Source: Amoebophrya sp. A120 (Eukaryota > Protista > Dinoflagellata). Taken from it: a stretch of 64,000 nucleotides of DNA. The notes beneath the pieces were generated by a model. It ran no database searches and was not told where the DNA came from. It was given only the letters and a program-made list of their open reading frames with translations. The DNA lies in contig CAJINV010000004.1 of NCBI GenBank assembly GCA_905178155.1, positions 7,385,861 through 7,449,860 on the forward strand, given 5' to 3'. The position numbers and the translations under genes are program-made. This document shows positions 36,701-60,309 of this stretch, piece after piece; the stretch's first letter is position 1; each line of letters begins with the position of its first letter.

Positions 36701-39700
36701 TTTTCATTTTGATATTGACTGTCGTCCTTGTGGGCCGCTAGCACGTATATCGGGTCGCGGCCGGAAACCTGTAGAATTGAAGTATTGCAATCATGCATTA
36801 CAAATCTTTATCTATCTTCAGGTAGATCCGCATTACAAATTTTCTCTCTCATGCTGAGGAAATTTGTAATGCATTTACACGAGTGCGATACTTTAACTTT
36901 TGCAGTTCATATGAAAAATCGTTTGTTTATTTCCAGTGTTCAGTATGTTCTTTGCTTTTCTTTACGCTTAAAATAAATCTCTGTTTGCCACGACGGACTA
37001 CGCTTAGCCATGGTGACCGGTCGTGGGCTTCGCAAAATATTTATGGCGCAGAGACACCAAAACAAGTAGAACAATTTCGCATGCTAAAATAATCCGATTT
37101 GAAAAAACATGTCTTCTACAATATTACCGTTGGCTTCCCGTCTCTGCTTTCCAGCACGTGAAACGCGATGACGTCACCCTTGTCCAAGTTTGCCTTTTTG
37201 ATCTCCGCGGCGTACAGATAGGCGTCTTTACCGGGGTACTGGGAAGAAATCGGCTTTGACCGAACGAACCCGTGGTGCTTGCCTTCGTCCATTTCGTGGA
37301 TGTACCTGTTTTATTATATGAGGATTTTTCATGCATTACACCCGTGCGGCGTGTACGCGTTCGTGTAAGGCTAAGGTGCGATAATTCTACATCTACTAGG
37401 ATGCCTGCATATCTTCACTTATTCAAGTTCAGACTCTGACTCATATTGCAATTTGTAATTTCTGTGCCGGAAATAAGAAAAGTCATCCAACGACCACAAA
37501 CACGACAATGCCTATGTAGTTAGACCAATACCCGATGTAAATCTGGTAGTCGATTCCGTTGTTCCACTTGCCCTTGCCCTTCGCGTCCTTTCCTTTGAAC
37601 AACGGATTTCCGTCTTTGTCCTTCCCGACCACCAAGCCGCCCTTCCCCATTTTGCCGTCCTTCGTCATGAAGCCCTTGCCGCCCTTCATGCCCAACGCCG
37701 CCGCCAACGTGCCGCCGTCCTTCCGGGAGAGCGAGTCCTCGATGATGGCCTTGAAGATGGGGCCTTTGACGGACGGGTCGTGCGGGTTCGAGCGGTCCAC
37801 GTCAACCACAACAATGTCCGCGGTCACCAGTCCGCCACGGTCGTTGGTCTTCTTACCCTGTGTTGATTTTATTTGGATTTGCATGATTTGTGTGTCGCAT
37901 GAAAAATTTATATGTTCCTCAGCATGAGAAATGAAATTCCCAAATGCGGATCCGGATTTAACTTAAGCAGGGAATTTGTAATGCGTGAATGCGTCATAAG
38001 TACCTTGTCATTGTGCACGAAAATTTCGGTTTTTCCCGTGCCCGCAAGCGCTTCCCGGTCATCCGGGTCGACGAAGCTGTGCCCGGTCGGCGTGACGGTT
38101 TTTATCTTGCCCCAGACGCGGGGAAAGTGCGTCGGCGCTGGCTCATCGTCCATCGTTTTATGGAGAAAAAAAAGTTCATCACAGTCACTGGCTTGGAGGC
38201 TTTGCATTACAAATTTTTACAGCATCACTACAACTTTTCCTTGTATTGCAGAAACACTGACGGAAATCCCGTACGAAGTTCGGCTGTGATGCATCTTTAC
38301 GCATGACAGGCAATTTTTGTATTGCAAAAATGGCCATGAGTGATCGTGACGAACTTTTTTCTTTTGATAAGTTTGGCACATAATGTAAACCCGCTCCTGC
38401 TCCGTCTCGACAAACCTGGGGGGTGATAAAGATAAAAAAGAGTTGTCAGTTTGGCACTTAGCATCATGTCATGCGTTGGTAGGCCTTCGAAACAACATAC
38501 TGATGCTTCTGCTAAAAATGTGCTCCTCGAAACAGCAAGGCACGTAGTACAGAATCGGTGATGTGAGAAGAATGAAAGCAAGCATGTATAATCCCCAGCA
38601 TGTATAACAAACCAATAATATATGTACATTTCGTCCCGAATGGCGAAGCCCACCCACATTCCGGGCAACAGCCCAGACCTGCACAGCACTGGGTCGTCCA
38701 AAGTGCAAGTCCTTTCGTCCACGGTGACTATTGTCATGTCGTTTTCGCCAACGTTCGTAACCTGATTGTTTTTGTTTAACAAGAAGTGCATGAGAACATG
38801 TAGTAAGTAGTATAAATATGTATGATCGATGCTGCACCGCATCAGTACTAGAGGAAAATCGAGTATTGGCAGCAGAGCTAGAGGTTGCGTCAATACTTAG
38901 AGGAACCACGAACCGCATGCAGCTACTTGTGCTTGTGGTCCCCAAAACTATAGCCATGATGAAGAGTGTGTACTTTTAAAAATTTTAACTGCAAGAAGGA
39001 ACAAAAAACTAAATATGAATCTCTACCTTCCCAACGTGCATTTCCGGGTGCCACAATGGATCCAGTGCCGCGCCTTTTGCCAGCGGATTCCCGCTGAAGC
39101 TGTCTTCCTTACTGCCCTCCTTGTTCCCGCTGTGTTCCGGGTCCTCGCCCCCGCCGCCCGGTGCGCCCCCGCCCCAGATATCGCCATTGCCGGTGCCGCC
39201 GTTGCCGATGGAGGACGGGAGGATGGGTTCCCCCCCGTTGTCCCCTCCGGACGCCGAGGTCATGCACCGCGTGATTGGCGGCTTGTTCTGGGAAGTGGAT
39301 ACTGCGGAGAACGAGCTGGCAGCGGACGTCGCGGACACGGTGCGCTGCATTACAAATGGCGTAGTAGAAGAAGTCGTGGCTTCGAACTTGTTGGCTGTTG
39401 AATTATTCAGAGGACCACCAGTGTTGGTTGTCGTGCTCATGGTGCTGTTCGAATTCGTTCTGGGGAACTGCTTTTTTGCGTCTTCCGGGATCCGGTCGTC
39501 CTCTAGAAACGCCGGCGGCTCGTACCCCGGTTTTGCGTCCGCGGGGATCCGCGGGTCGTTCTCCGGGGCGGGTTTCGGGGGGGATGGTGGCGGCTTCAGG
39601 TGGTGAGATAGTGTTCTTTGCATCATTTGCGCTTGATCTTCAGCTTGATGTTGGTCGTTATTTGCTTGATTTTGATTTATTTGCTGCATCTTCTGCAATC

Positions 39701-40850
39701 GTTCTTGCGCGGCTTTGTTTTTCGCCGCCAGCAACTCTTGCTTCCTTTTTTGCTCTTGCAGTCTTTCGTGTGCGTCGCACGGGATTCGCGGATCCAGGAT
39801 CATCTCATTCTTCGGCTTTGACGCAGTCCTCTGCAACTGTTTCTGCTGCACGGAGGCCTGCTGTTTTGGCGAAAGCAGGCTGATCACTTCTGTGACAGGA
39901 GCTCGCGGACTAGGACTAGTATTGTTCATCTCGGCTGCTGTTCTTTGAAAATTGTTGTTCTGCTGGTGTTGTGGTGTATTGGGACCCAGATTATTGTCAA
40001 AAGCTCCACTTCCTTGGTTGTTATTTGTATTTCTCCTGGGATCGTCGGTGTTGCTGCTGGTGCTGTTACCGCAAGAAAAATCTGGATGCACCGGTTCCAT
40101 GGTGACATCCGCTAGATTTTCCGTTTGTAATGACCCGTGGTGGTCTCCGTCAATGGAGGGCGATTGATCCGAAGCAACCGTGCTGCGGCAGGACAGCTGC
40201 TGATTCGAGTCATTGCTTGGGGATGGTTTACTGCTAGAAGTCGCATTAGCTGTTCTACTACTCCCGGTTTCAGCTCCAACTTGTTGTACTGGTGCAGCTT
40301 CTGGAACGACGTCGATCCGCACCCAGACTGGGCCGGTCACCGTGGTCTTCGTTATTGGGCAGACGTCGAACGCGATCTCGCTGCCGGTCTTGAAAAACTG
40401 CTGCTGTTGCTGGCTAGAAGCTAGTACTTCACCATCTGCTGAAGACGCGCTGCATTTTGGCGTGCTCTGTTCCGCCTCCGGACAGTTGTAGAAGTTGAAC
40501 GTGGCCGCTTGCTGCGAAAAATCGACTAATTCCTCCTGTCCCGAACCGTCCAGGGCGAACGCCTTGATTTTCACGTCCTCCGCGTCGTTTTCGTCGGTTA
40601 AAATCTCGCCGATCCGTTCCGGAAATCGTAGGGGTTGATCGACGTTCATCTGGGTCATGATTTCTTCACTCGGGAGGAAGCACTTGTAGACCGCGGACAC
40701 CGCTCTTGTTTTTAACTCGCGGGACACTGCGACGATGTCCGCTGGGGAGAATTTTTCCTGGCCCGGCAAGTTCTGGAGCACTTCGCTCGTCTGGCGCAGC
40801 TGCACCGAGCCGTCCGGAAGGACGTCGCCGATCAGCATGGTGGTCGCCAT
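33758..40850 (-). CDS. Large multi-exon protein with several cold-shock (OB-fold) domains and Gly/His-rich regions
   Basis: CSD-like motifs 'WGKIKTV...HSFV...EIFVH', 'EGFVS[introner]NHSKQNDLFVH', 'DVFMHSKMAQEAMLQKGDTIVFKLFQTEDGRPQV'; last exon ends '...QQGISVD*' at 33758; 613-aa first exon 39009-40850. Confidence 0.65.
33862..34144. mobile_element. Introner family E
   Basis: TIR; DR ccgat. Confidence 0.9.
34198..34509. mobile_element. Introner family F
   Basis: TIR tgaaaa(a)tgccccc..accc; DR ctttt. Confidence 0.9.
34800..35081. mobile_element. Introner family E (variant)
   Basis: TIR ...caccccagag; DR ccggt. Confidence 0.85.
36107..36361. mobile_element. Introner family B
   Basis: TIR; DR ttcga. 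Confidence 0.9.
36405..36714. mobile_element. Introner family D
   Basis: TIR gaaaaatcccccct; DR ttgac. Confidence 0.85.
36770..36911. mobile_element. Degenerate family-A introner (left TIR lost)
   Basis: Family-A interior and right end cttttgcagttcata. Confidence 0.65.
37858..38003 (-). other. GT-AG intron with a family-A introner-like interior
   Basis: AAG|gtactt...acacag|GGT joins in frame (HNDK|GKK); interior tcctcagcatgagaaat...aatttgtaatgc. Confidence 0.7.
38159..38369. mobile_element. Introner family G
   Basis: TIR agaaaaaaagtt...tcac; DR cgttt/agttt. Confidence 0.85.
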
Positions 40851-43800
40851 TTTTGTGACGTCGCGTGAAGGTCGGAGTACTTGTACAGCTCCTACCGCCG
40901 ATCGGTGGTTCTGGAAATTGTTTTCTGGTTCTCCTCACCCCACTTTCCTTTCTCGAAAGATTTTTGTCGAAGATTCAACAGAGCTTGGTCTTCCCCGAGA
41001 TGGACCTCCTCTTCGTTCAGCACCGTACTGATGCTGCAGTAGTCACCGACCTACAGTAGACTTCTTGCGATTCGATTTCACAACTGAACCGCAATCAGAC
41101 TTCTTGCTACTTCTACCGAGGAGTAGATAACCACCTTGACCGGAAGACAGCAACACGACGGTCGATGTCTTGCTGGTGGGCGAATTCTATTTTCACAGAA
41201 TCGAGATTGAGACTTCTTCTGCGCCACGAGTTTTTCTTGTCGGAGGTGGTTCTTTGACATAGACTTTTCAATCGATGTTTCTTCCACGAACCGATAGGTG
41301 ATTTGTTTCATATACTGTCGAGATCTTAGCTTGTTCCAAACAGCTAAAAGAAAAAAGAAGGATCTTTATCTCTGAAGGAATTATCGGTCGTCGTGTATGG
41401 GTCGCTAGAATCCAATTATGTGATTCAAAAGATTAAGGTAGTCGTACTTGTTCAAATACTTAGTACGAGATGTCTACAAACGAAAAACTTTTTTCTTCGT
41501 GCCGAGTTAGAGCGAAGGTAAAGCAGTGATTGCTTTAGCCTCTCAATAAATAGATTTACGAAGCCAGGGCAAATGAGTTTAAAACAGATGAAGAGGCGGG
41601 AACAAAAGACAAAGAGCTATTTATTTTGGTTCCTTTGGTAATATCGACAAATAACGAACTAGTGCAATAGAGACGAAAATCTTAGCAGATAGTCCGACTG
41701 TCTGAGTTAGACGCTTGTTTACATTTACTAGTAGAAACTGAATAAATCATGAAAGCGAATACAAAATGAGAAAGCCGGTCAGCATAAAGCGTCTGGCCTT
41801 CTTAGTTCTGAATCCTTACACAAATCTGTCATTTCCCTGAAGAAGGTTTTAAGAAAGGCGTGTGAAGAAGATTTTCTTTTTCAAGAATCTAAAGTGTCAT
41901 CAAAATAAACTCGACTCAGAGGAACCTCAATTTTACAGATTTTCAGATTTGTTGTGACATCAGGACTTGGACAAAAGCGCAGATTTTTGCATCACCAGGG
42001 CATTTGAACCACAGATTTTATCACGAGCGCCGTAGAATTTTTTTACGTTTGACATTTTCGGTTTACAGAGGGAGCCGCGACATTTGTGGTAGTTTTACAG
42101 AGGGAAGCTAACACATGATGACACGTACACCAGCTGCAATTGGGCGAAGGCGCAGCAAAGATTTTGATTGTTTTTACGTGATGCCCTGAGCAAGTCCTGG
42201 ACCGCGCGGGTGTGGTACGATGAAGTAAAAATGCGCCGATATTTTCATACACTACAGATTTTTTTTCCGATCAGTCCTCGTACCGAAGTTGCGATTGCAA
42301 CTGGAGCAAAGAGACAATGAAAGATGCCTGCCCTTCACGAGAGTTGTGGTCAGCAAAAAGACAGTTGGGCGGCGCGCTAGTACAATTTCATTGCTAGTAC
42401 ACTTCCAATTTCGGCGCGGGGCAGCTAGGTGGAAACACGCTTTGATTGATGAGCAGCTATGAGGAAGGAGCTACCACCTATATAAGCGTGTTCCTGCCAA
42501 GATCTCCATTTTGCGAGAACCACTGATTTTGCGAACTTAGTTCAGGCTACGGATACGCGCGCACGGTAAACCGTCAATCACAGGGACAGGAGTCGTGTGC
42601 CTCAAATACAATGAATTCGCTTTGCTAGTGAAGAGAAGTACGGTTACCCGATTGGTGTCATAGTAGTGCTGTATCAATCTTCAGAGGTTTACGTTTAAAT
42701 TTAGTTCAGGGGAACGAGATGTTGAAAGATTATACATTATTTTTACTAGGGTGGGAGTAAACATTTACGGAAGCAAGTAGATTTGCATCTGGCATTTGAA
42801 TCATTTTTCAAAAACAAACCCGATTCTTGCATCTCGACTGATTTCGACATTTATTATTTTCGAGGATCCATTCGACTGTGACTTTTTCGACACAAAATTT
42901 CGCTTTCGACAATTTTCCGACACATTTCCGACAATTTTCATCGACCTCGATCATTCACACAAATTTCCTTTGACACCACGTAAGTACTTCTCTTGTCTGC
43001 TGGTAGTTCTTTCACTGACACTTTCATTTTTTGTTCGACAGGGAGAGGCAACACACATTGAGATTCCGTTCATCTTCGAGTTGACTCGACAATGAATTTA
43101 TTCAACAACATTTTTTTAGGTCGACTGCGAACAGATTTTGCGAAATTCACTGAGAGGAAGTGCGAGCCTTATTTGATGTTCCGCTCACGCACAACTCCCG
43201 GTGGCGCTGGACGGAGGACAAGCGCTGACCAGCTTGCACTGCCAGTTGTTTACTATATCTGCTTTATTTTGAAAACTTTACTCTATTCGTCTGTTTCACA
43301 CCACAATACATCCTGTGCTGCAGTTTTTATCCACGCAACCGCCCACAACCGTGGACTTTGAATACTAGGTCTGAAACTGTGAATTGCATCTGAGAAGTAT
43401 CGACTACTCTGCAGCCACGCAAGAGTTGTAGTACCTGCTCTACTACGCGGCGCAGGTAGTGAACCACATTGTCTGAGTTTTATACTGTTATCGTTAGATT
43501 TGAGGCTAAAGGTATCATAGATTCTGTCTGAGTTTGAAGTTTAGTATAAAGCTAAAAGTAGTGTTCTATTATAGGTCTGTTTGGTCTGATTACTGTCTGG
43601 TTGTAAAACTGATTGTTGCTCTGATGTTAAGGTTTATTTGTCTGCTCGTCTCTTCACGATGATAAGGTTTTGTCTGTGTCTGTACTGTTGCTGTCACGCT
43701 ATAGCGATGAAACTCGTCTGATTCAATCTGTCCAGTATGTCTGAATTGATGTCCGACTAAATTCTCATAAGGTCGTCGTGCAAATAACGTACATTCGGAG

Positions 43801-44177
43801 CACTGTGAGGACATCCTACTTGCAGCGCCATTGAAACATAGAAAATCAGCGGTTCGTCTCAAGCTGCTGTTGCTGTGCGTACTTTTCATTTTCGAATTCT
43901 AAGAGCGTCCGTCAGGGCAACTCGCTCCTGTTACATGATAACTACTAGCTAGGAATCCACCACAAATTCTGTTTCTGATTCATAAACACTTTCTGTTTCT
44001 GTCTGCGTCTGTTCAGGATAATTTTGATTCATACTCTGCTTTTGCTATAATTCTTGAATACTGATTCTACTTTCTGATATTAAGTGTTCCGTACAAGTTG
44101 TACTCTTTGCGAAGATTTTTGCGTTCTTTTCAACCAAGTACTACTAGTTTGGTTTTCTTTACCACGTGCAGCTCTAC

Positions 44178-54192
<10,015 letters not shown>

Positions 54193-54903
54193 CTTATTCT
54201 GTAATTATAATAAGCTGTAGTCCTATTCCCCTCGTCGTGGTGTCGTCCGTCGTCCCTGGTACACAAAAAAAAATTTCGACCTGTGGTGGTCACGAGCAAG
54301 ATTATATGGCAATCAAAATTTATGCAGCAATCAAATTTCACCAGTCCTCTGGTCGTGTTCCGGCTCACAATTCCAGAAATTTAGAAGAACAAAAAACATC
54401 CCCTCAACGACATGCAGCTGGTAGAACAAAGATGTTGTACTGACGTAGTGCGACGATGTGCTCATACGTAAAGGTAGAAAGGTTCAAATCGACCCTGCTT
54501 ACAGTTGTCCCGCTCAGCATCGCTCTCCAAAACGCTATATATCTCTCACAACGACAGTCCTTGCTAGAGCGAGGAAGAAGAACATTATTGAAAAGCGTCA
54601 TCCTTCTCCTGAGACAGGTGCACCAGCTGGCCCTGAAGACACCACAAAATCGTGCTAGAAATCTTGTACAGAACTCATAAGCAAGCTAGGGGAACGCCCT
54701 GCATTTTGTGCTCTTTGTTCAAAGAAAATTCCGGTACCTACTGTCGAAGATGTCGTGACATTCATAAATCAGTCGTGCAAACGTCGTGCCAGGACGAGAG
54801 CTACACATTCATTTGTCTGTGAAATGTGATTGGTTCGTTTCATGTTGTCCATGACTAGTACGTGGACAAAATCTTATATCGAAATCTTCCCTCCTAGTAA
54901 TCA

Positions 54904-57900
54904 CTACAGCTTCTCCAGCTCCTCGAAGAACTCCAAGTCGAGGTAAAACGTGTAGTAATCCAGCAAATTTTTCATGAATCTGATCGGGAATGATTTGTCG
55001 ATCAGCTTGTCCGAGTCTTCACTATTAAACCACACCATCACGAAATACGGGAACAAACAGAGGGAAAGCTTAAAGTCGCGCAGATACAGCTCGTAGTACG
55101 ATGTTTCAGGAGTCGACGATGGTCCCGCTGCGCTGGGGCTACTACTCCTGCTGTGCCCCACTCCATTCGCCGTTGCACCACCGCCGTTCGAGGTGGACAC
55201 CGGCCCACCTGCAGCTCCCGCTGGTGCAGTAGGGGCACTAAACGACCGGTGCTGCTTCTGCTTCCAGAGGTGGTAGTAGAAATCGATGCAGATATTGCAG
55301 ATTTTTGCGTCAAACTTGATCGATTCTACCAGTAGAAAAGCGATGTCGGAGACTCCTTTGTTCAAATGAATGTACTGCCAATCGCACAGCACCGGCTCGA
55401 CCTTATCACTGTTCGCAAACGAGGAGGACATCATCCCGGACAGTCCTGCCTTCTGGTAAAAGATGTTCGGGGATTTCAAATCGCCGTGAACAAAGGAGAG
55501 TGGAAACGTTGACAGCAAATGCGCGATCTTTTCGTAGTTTTCCGCAATTTTTACGCACGCGTCGCGGTTTTTCTGGCTCATGAAGATCCCGTTGCGGTTG
55601 ATAAATTTCGGAAACCGGTTCTTCACGAGTTCCTGGTAGTACACGATCTGCTTGGGGGTCACGAGATTGGCCATGGAGGGAATCACGTCTTCGCGCTTCT
55701 CGAATAAGTAGGTGTCGTGCATTCTAAAAGCAGCTGAGGTCACGTTTATCCCACGAAAAAGGAAGTGTCTTTTCAGTCTCAAAGGTAATTAGTTTGCAGT
55801 CTGAGCACAACAAACTCCCTCAGCATGTTGACACGCAAAAGCAAAACCAAAACCTGTAATGCGGCATGATATGCAAGAGAAAACACGTAGGAAGTGCCTT
55901 TGCGTTTGCCTTATTTTTGCAGGTCGACCATGACAAAAAACTACTTCAAGGAAGTTCCGCATTACAAGTTGAGACTAAGGCAGTTTTTTCTTGCGATAAC
56001 GTTCAGGAGAAGTTGAATGTCCTGGTTCAAATCGCAGTTCCAAACGCCGGGCTGAACCTGATATATCAAATAGAAATGCAGTCACGCATTGGCATTACAA
56101 ATCTGATTCTTAAGGTACATCCGCATCACAGTTTTTGTTGCTCATGCTGTAATGCACTTGCTATACCCTCAAATCCTCCATGATAATCCCGATCCGCTCC
56201 TCTTTTCTTATCACCCCGTAGCTTTTGGGCACGGACACCGTCGCCGAAACCACTTCCGCCAGGTGCTCGTAGAAATACCCCTCTTTCTCGTACATGTCTA
56301 ATTGGGTGGCGACCTTGGACAGCTCGTTCCCGAAGTTGCTGATTTTGAACACGACGGTCTGTTCATCGCCGTTCGTGTACAGCACCTTAAATGCGTTGAT
56401 GTCGCAGATGTAGCCGGTCTTCAGACTTTCCACGGAGTACTGCACGTCTTTCACCGGTAAATGGGAGAGTTTCTTGTGTATCTCTTTCGCATAGAGTTCA
56501 TACTGCTGCATCTGCTGCTTCTGCTTCGATTTCGGTGTCTCAGTCGCGCCGGGGTGGAGCGATATGCTGTGACTTGTCCCGCTCAGGTTCAGATTGGTGC
56601 CTGTGCCGTGCGAGCTGTCGAGCTGAATCGTGTCTAGGGAAATAAAGAGGGAATCCACGTCCAGACTGTCCCACTCGTCAAAAACGACATCCGCCTCCAC
56701 AGCAACCGCTTCCTCGACCAGACTGTTTTTTCGTTCCCCGTTGGTGAAAAAACAAACCTTGTTATTCGCGATTCGATTCATAATTGTGTGGTATATTGCA
56801 TCACAATACGTAGCGGGCCTGTCATGAAAGCAAAAGAGTAAATCTACGCGAAGACGAGCTTCAATTTTAATAGCACATCGATCTCTAAGTAACTGTGGTA
56901 CAAATACAACACGACAAGTAAGTATAAGTACCTTCGACACGCAGGCCCTGCTTGCCGCCAACAGCCCCGGCGAGGAGTCTTCTATTATGACGCAGTTTTG
57001 TGCCGCGATCTGCAACTGCGACATGGCCCGCTGGTACGGCTCCGGGTGCGGCTTGTGGTGGCCGCAGTCCTCACTGCAGATCAAAAGCGTGACGTAGTCG
57101 GCCAAATTGGTGATCTTCAGGATAAATTCCGCGGCCGTGCGGTTGCAGCTGGTGACCACGGCGATCCGGGCGTTTTTGATCTTCTGCAGAAACTGCTCGA
57201 CGCCTGGAATCAGGATTTTTTTCCCCGCGCTCGGCATCTGTAGTAATCGTTGCATGGCAAAAATTTTCGGCGCCGGGGCCGGATGCAAATCTGTGATGCT
57301 GTTTCGGGCAAAGGAGCTTCCTTCTGTGATGCTAGCCAGCAATGACCCAACTCTTGTTACCCAATGTCAGGACTTACCATAATCTGCCTCGTCCACCATT
57401 GCGTCCTCTGCAATGGAGTCACATTTTCCCCAGCATTTTCTGCATGACAAATTACACTACGATCCAAAATCCCAATACCTCTTCCAACGTCTTCACAAAC
57501 TCAGTGTCTTATCAAATGTAAAAATGTCTGGGTCTGGAAGAATGCAACTTGTGATGCTGAATTTGGATTCCAAAAAAATCTGTATTGCATGAGCAGCAAA
57601 GGGAGTGTAATGCTTGCTACGCGGAGAGGGCATTTGTCATGCGGAATAGGCATCGCGAGGCCCTCAAAAACTCTGTGATGCTAGGGCATGCATCACAGAC
57701 ATCATGGCCGAGGCAAAACATGCATGACAAGTCTCAGAATCTTCCAGACCCAGACATTTTTACATTTGATATGTCTTTGTCCGTGGCGAATTTCGCGACT
57801 ACCTCTTCCGTCGCCGCTTCCGGCATTAGGTATTTTAAAAAGTTCAAGTCCGACTTGCCCTTGATAAACGTCTCGAAAAAGCCCTGGTCGACGGACAGGC

Positions 57901-59854
57901 CGTACGGCTGCAATAACCGGTTCCACACTTGCACGTAGATCTCGTCGGTTTTCACCAAGGTTCCGTCCAAATCGAGCAAAAACCCGGTTTGAAACTGCGC
58001 GACCTGCTCCGGGGTGCCGAGGGAGTAAAAAAATTTGTTCGACACCGGGCAACAGAAGAAGGGTTTCTCGTCGGCTAGCATCAACTGGATCACGGTTGAG
58101 GTGTAGTACTCGTTCTTCTGTCGGATGTTCCGCTCGATGATCTGCTTCACGTAGTCCATTAGTTCCTTATGATCTTTGAACGCATAGACCCCGGAATTCG
58201 CCCAATCACTGATTTTCTCCTTTTCCACGATCTTTTTTATCCGCATCTTATTCGAAGTAAATCTTATTTCATGCTGTAACAACTGCTCAGCACTAGAAGT
58301 ACCCGTACTGAGTTCTTGTGAACAACTACTAGTACCCGGTGGGTTCAGCACTTTCTCCTCGTCCTCTGCCTCCACTTCCACATACGAAAAGACCGTATCA
58401 ACTGCAAAAATGTCCGGGTCTGGAAGATGAGTGCGCGATTTGTCACGCAGCTTTTCCATGAGCCATGAGGTCTGGAGTGCAGGACTTAGCATGACAGATT
58501 CTGCGCGATCTCTCTCCTGCATGAGAAACTCCCTCCCGACTTGGTCAAAACTGGACGACTTTTGGTAATCACGCAGCACAGATTTTTGCATGCTTCAGAT
58601 TTAGCACGACAAGTTGCATCCTTCCAGACCTAGACATTTTTACATTTGATAGATCGGTTTTGGCTGCAGATCCTGAAAGGAAAATACCGCGTTGCAGTTG
58701 CCACCCCAGGTTTTTACTGCGTCAAACTCCTTCGTGTAAAACGAATCGGCGTCGATGCTGCAAACAGGGATTGGATTCTTGTTCTCGTCTTTTTCATATG
58801 CATTGCAAAAGCAGCGCACTCGTATAAATGCATTACAAATTTGAATTTCCTCAGCAAGAGAAATAAAATTTGTGATGCTGATTTGCCTTCAAGAAAAGAT
58901 TTGTAATGCATGACTGCAATACTAGTACGATACTTTTGCAAAGGATATTTCAGAAGTTGCAAACCAGTCCGGCAGAGTTTGTTCCAAAAACTCCAGCGCG
59001 ACGAGCAAGGTTTCCGCGGCACCGCTATTGCACTGAAAAATGCCCACACCCTCGAACTCGGGAGCATTTGTATTGCAAACCTTTCCAAGTGAAACACTCG
59101 CCCTCTTGCATCTATCAGCATCACAGGTTTTCAATCGTGAATAGCAAAGATTTGTATTGCAAAAGACCCCAGCAAGAGCGGCGCTTGTCATGCAAGCGAT
59201 GCGATACATGCCTAGACTCTGCATCAGAAAGATTCATTCTCCTTTCATGCATGACAAAAAGTTTTCATTTGGAAACTTCGCATCACAAATTTTTGCAACG
59301 TTGGGGGTGGGGGCATTTTAATTTTTCACTGTAATAACCACGCGTCTGGGTTTCCAAGGGGAACATGTGGATGTTCTGCTTGTTGGGATATGCGGTTTTT
59401 ACTCGGTTTTCAAAATTATCAAAGAAAAAAAGTTCGTCACGATCACTCATGCGCATTTTTGCAATACAAAATTGTTTGTCATGCGTAAAAATGCATCACA
59501 GCCAAACCTCATTAGGGATTTCCCTAGTGTTTCTGCAATACAAGGAAAATTTGTGATGCTATAGAAAATTTGTAATGCAAAATCTGCAAGTTAGTGACTG
59601 TGACAAACTTTTTTCTCTCCATAAAAATCCCACTCCTTGTACTCGGTGTTGTAGGGAATGCAAAGGATCCAATCCTCATTCGGTAAGTGAATCCCGTCGA
59701 GCAGCCAGAACAGGATCGGCTTATCCTCCACCGGCACTAGCCCCTTCGGCTGGGGAAACCCCTGCTTCTTGAACCGCGTGCCCAAGCCGCCCAACGGGAT
59801 GATGACAATCCCCTTGGCGGGAGGTGCTGGTCGTGGGGAGACGGCGGCGGCCAT
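54904..59854 (-). CDS. Fusion protein: nucleotidyltransferase + HAD phosphatase + APH/choline-kinase-like phosphotransferase
   Basis: 'IIPLGGLGTRF...PKGLV' and 'IVEKEKISDWANSGVY'; 'LLDLDGTLV', 'KPHPEPY', 'IIEDS'; 'HGDLKSPNIF', 'DWQY', 'SDIAFLL'. Confidence 0.85.
56058..56166 (-). other. GT-AG intron with a family-A introner-like interior
   Basis: AGG|gtatag...tatcag|GTT joins in frame (MEDLR|VQPGVW); interior gcattacaaatct...aaggta.atccgcatcaca...ctcatgctg. Confidence 0.65.
57510..57771. mobile_element. Introner family B
   Basis: TIR tatcaaatgtaaaaatgtctgggtctggaaga; DR tgtct. Confidence 0.9.
58396..58651. mobile_element. Introner family B
   Basis: TIR; DR gaccg/gatcg. Confidence 0.9.
58797..58947. 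mobile_element. Introner family A
   Basis: TIR; DR tttca. Confidence 0.9.
59026..59336. mobile_element. Introner family F
   Basis: TIR; DR accgc/accac. Confidence 0.9.
59417..59623. mobile_element. Introner family G
   Basis: Reverse orientation relative to the 38159 copy; DR aaaat. Confidence 0.85.
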
Positions 59855-60309
59855 GGTGCAGCTCTGGTTCCTCGTCGTGGGGTGCTCTTGGCGGTTGTGG
59901 CAATCGTTTCGTCCAACTGATTCGTGGCAGGCTTTTAGCGAGGCAACGAAATAAGGGGGAAACTGCCCCCGGGGACACCGCCTACCATCTTTTGGGAAGA
60001 CGATCGCCTCTCTGGTCCGATTTAAGAGTTGTATGAATGGCCCTTCAAGAAAATATTATTCTCTGACAAAATTTACAGCTACCTCGTCGTGTCTGGCGTT
60101 GGCCGTCGGACTTTATATTTTCGATGAAACTCGGATCGCAGCACACCACAAACACAAAATCAAGAAGTCGAGCGTCGCAAAATAGAAAACTGAGTGGCAC
60201 GACGACCAGGCGGCACACAGCCCATTGTTCAAGAACGAAAGCCTCCAGGTGGAAGTCGTCTATCAGATACAGACTTGAGAAGAAAGATCGCTTTCTTGTT
60301 CGGCTTTAT

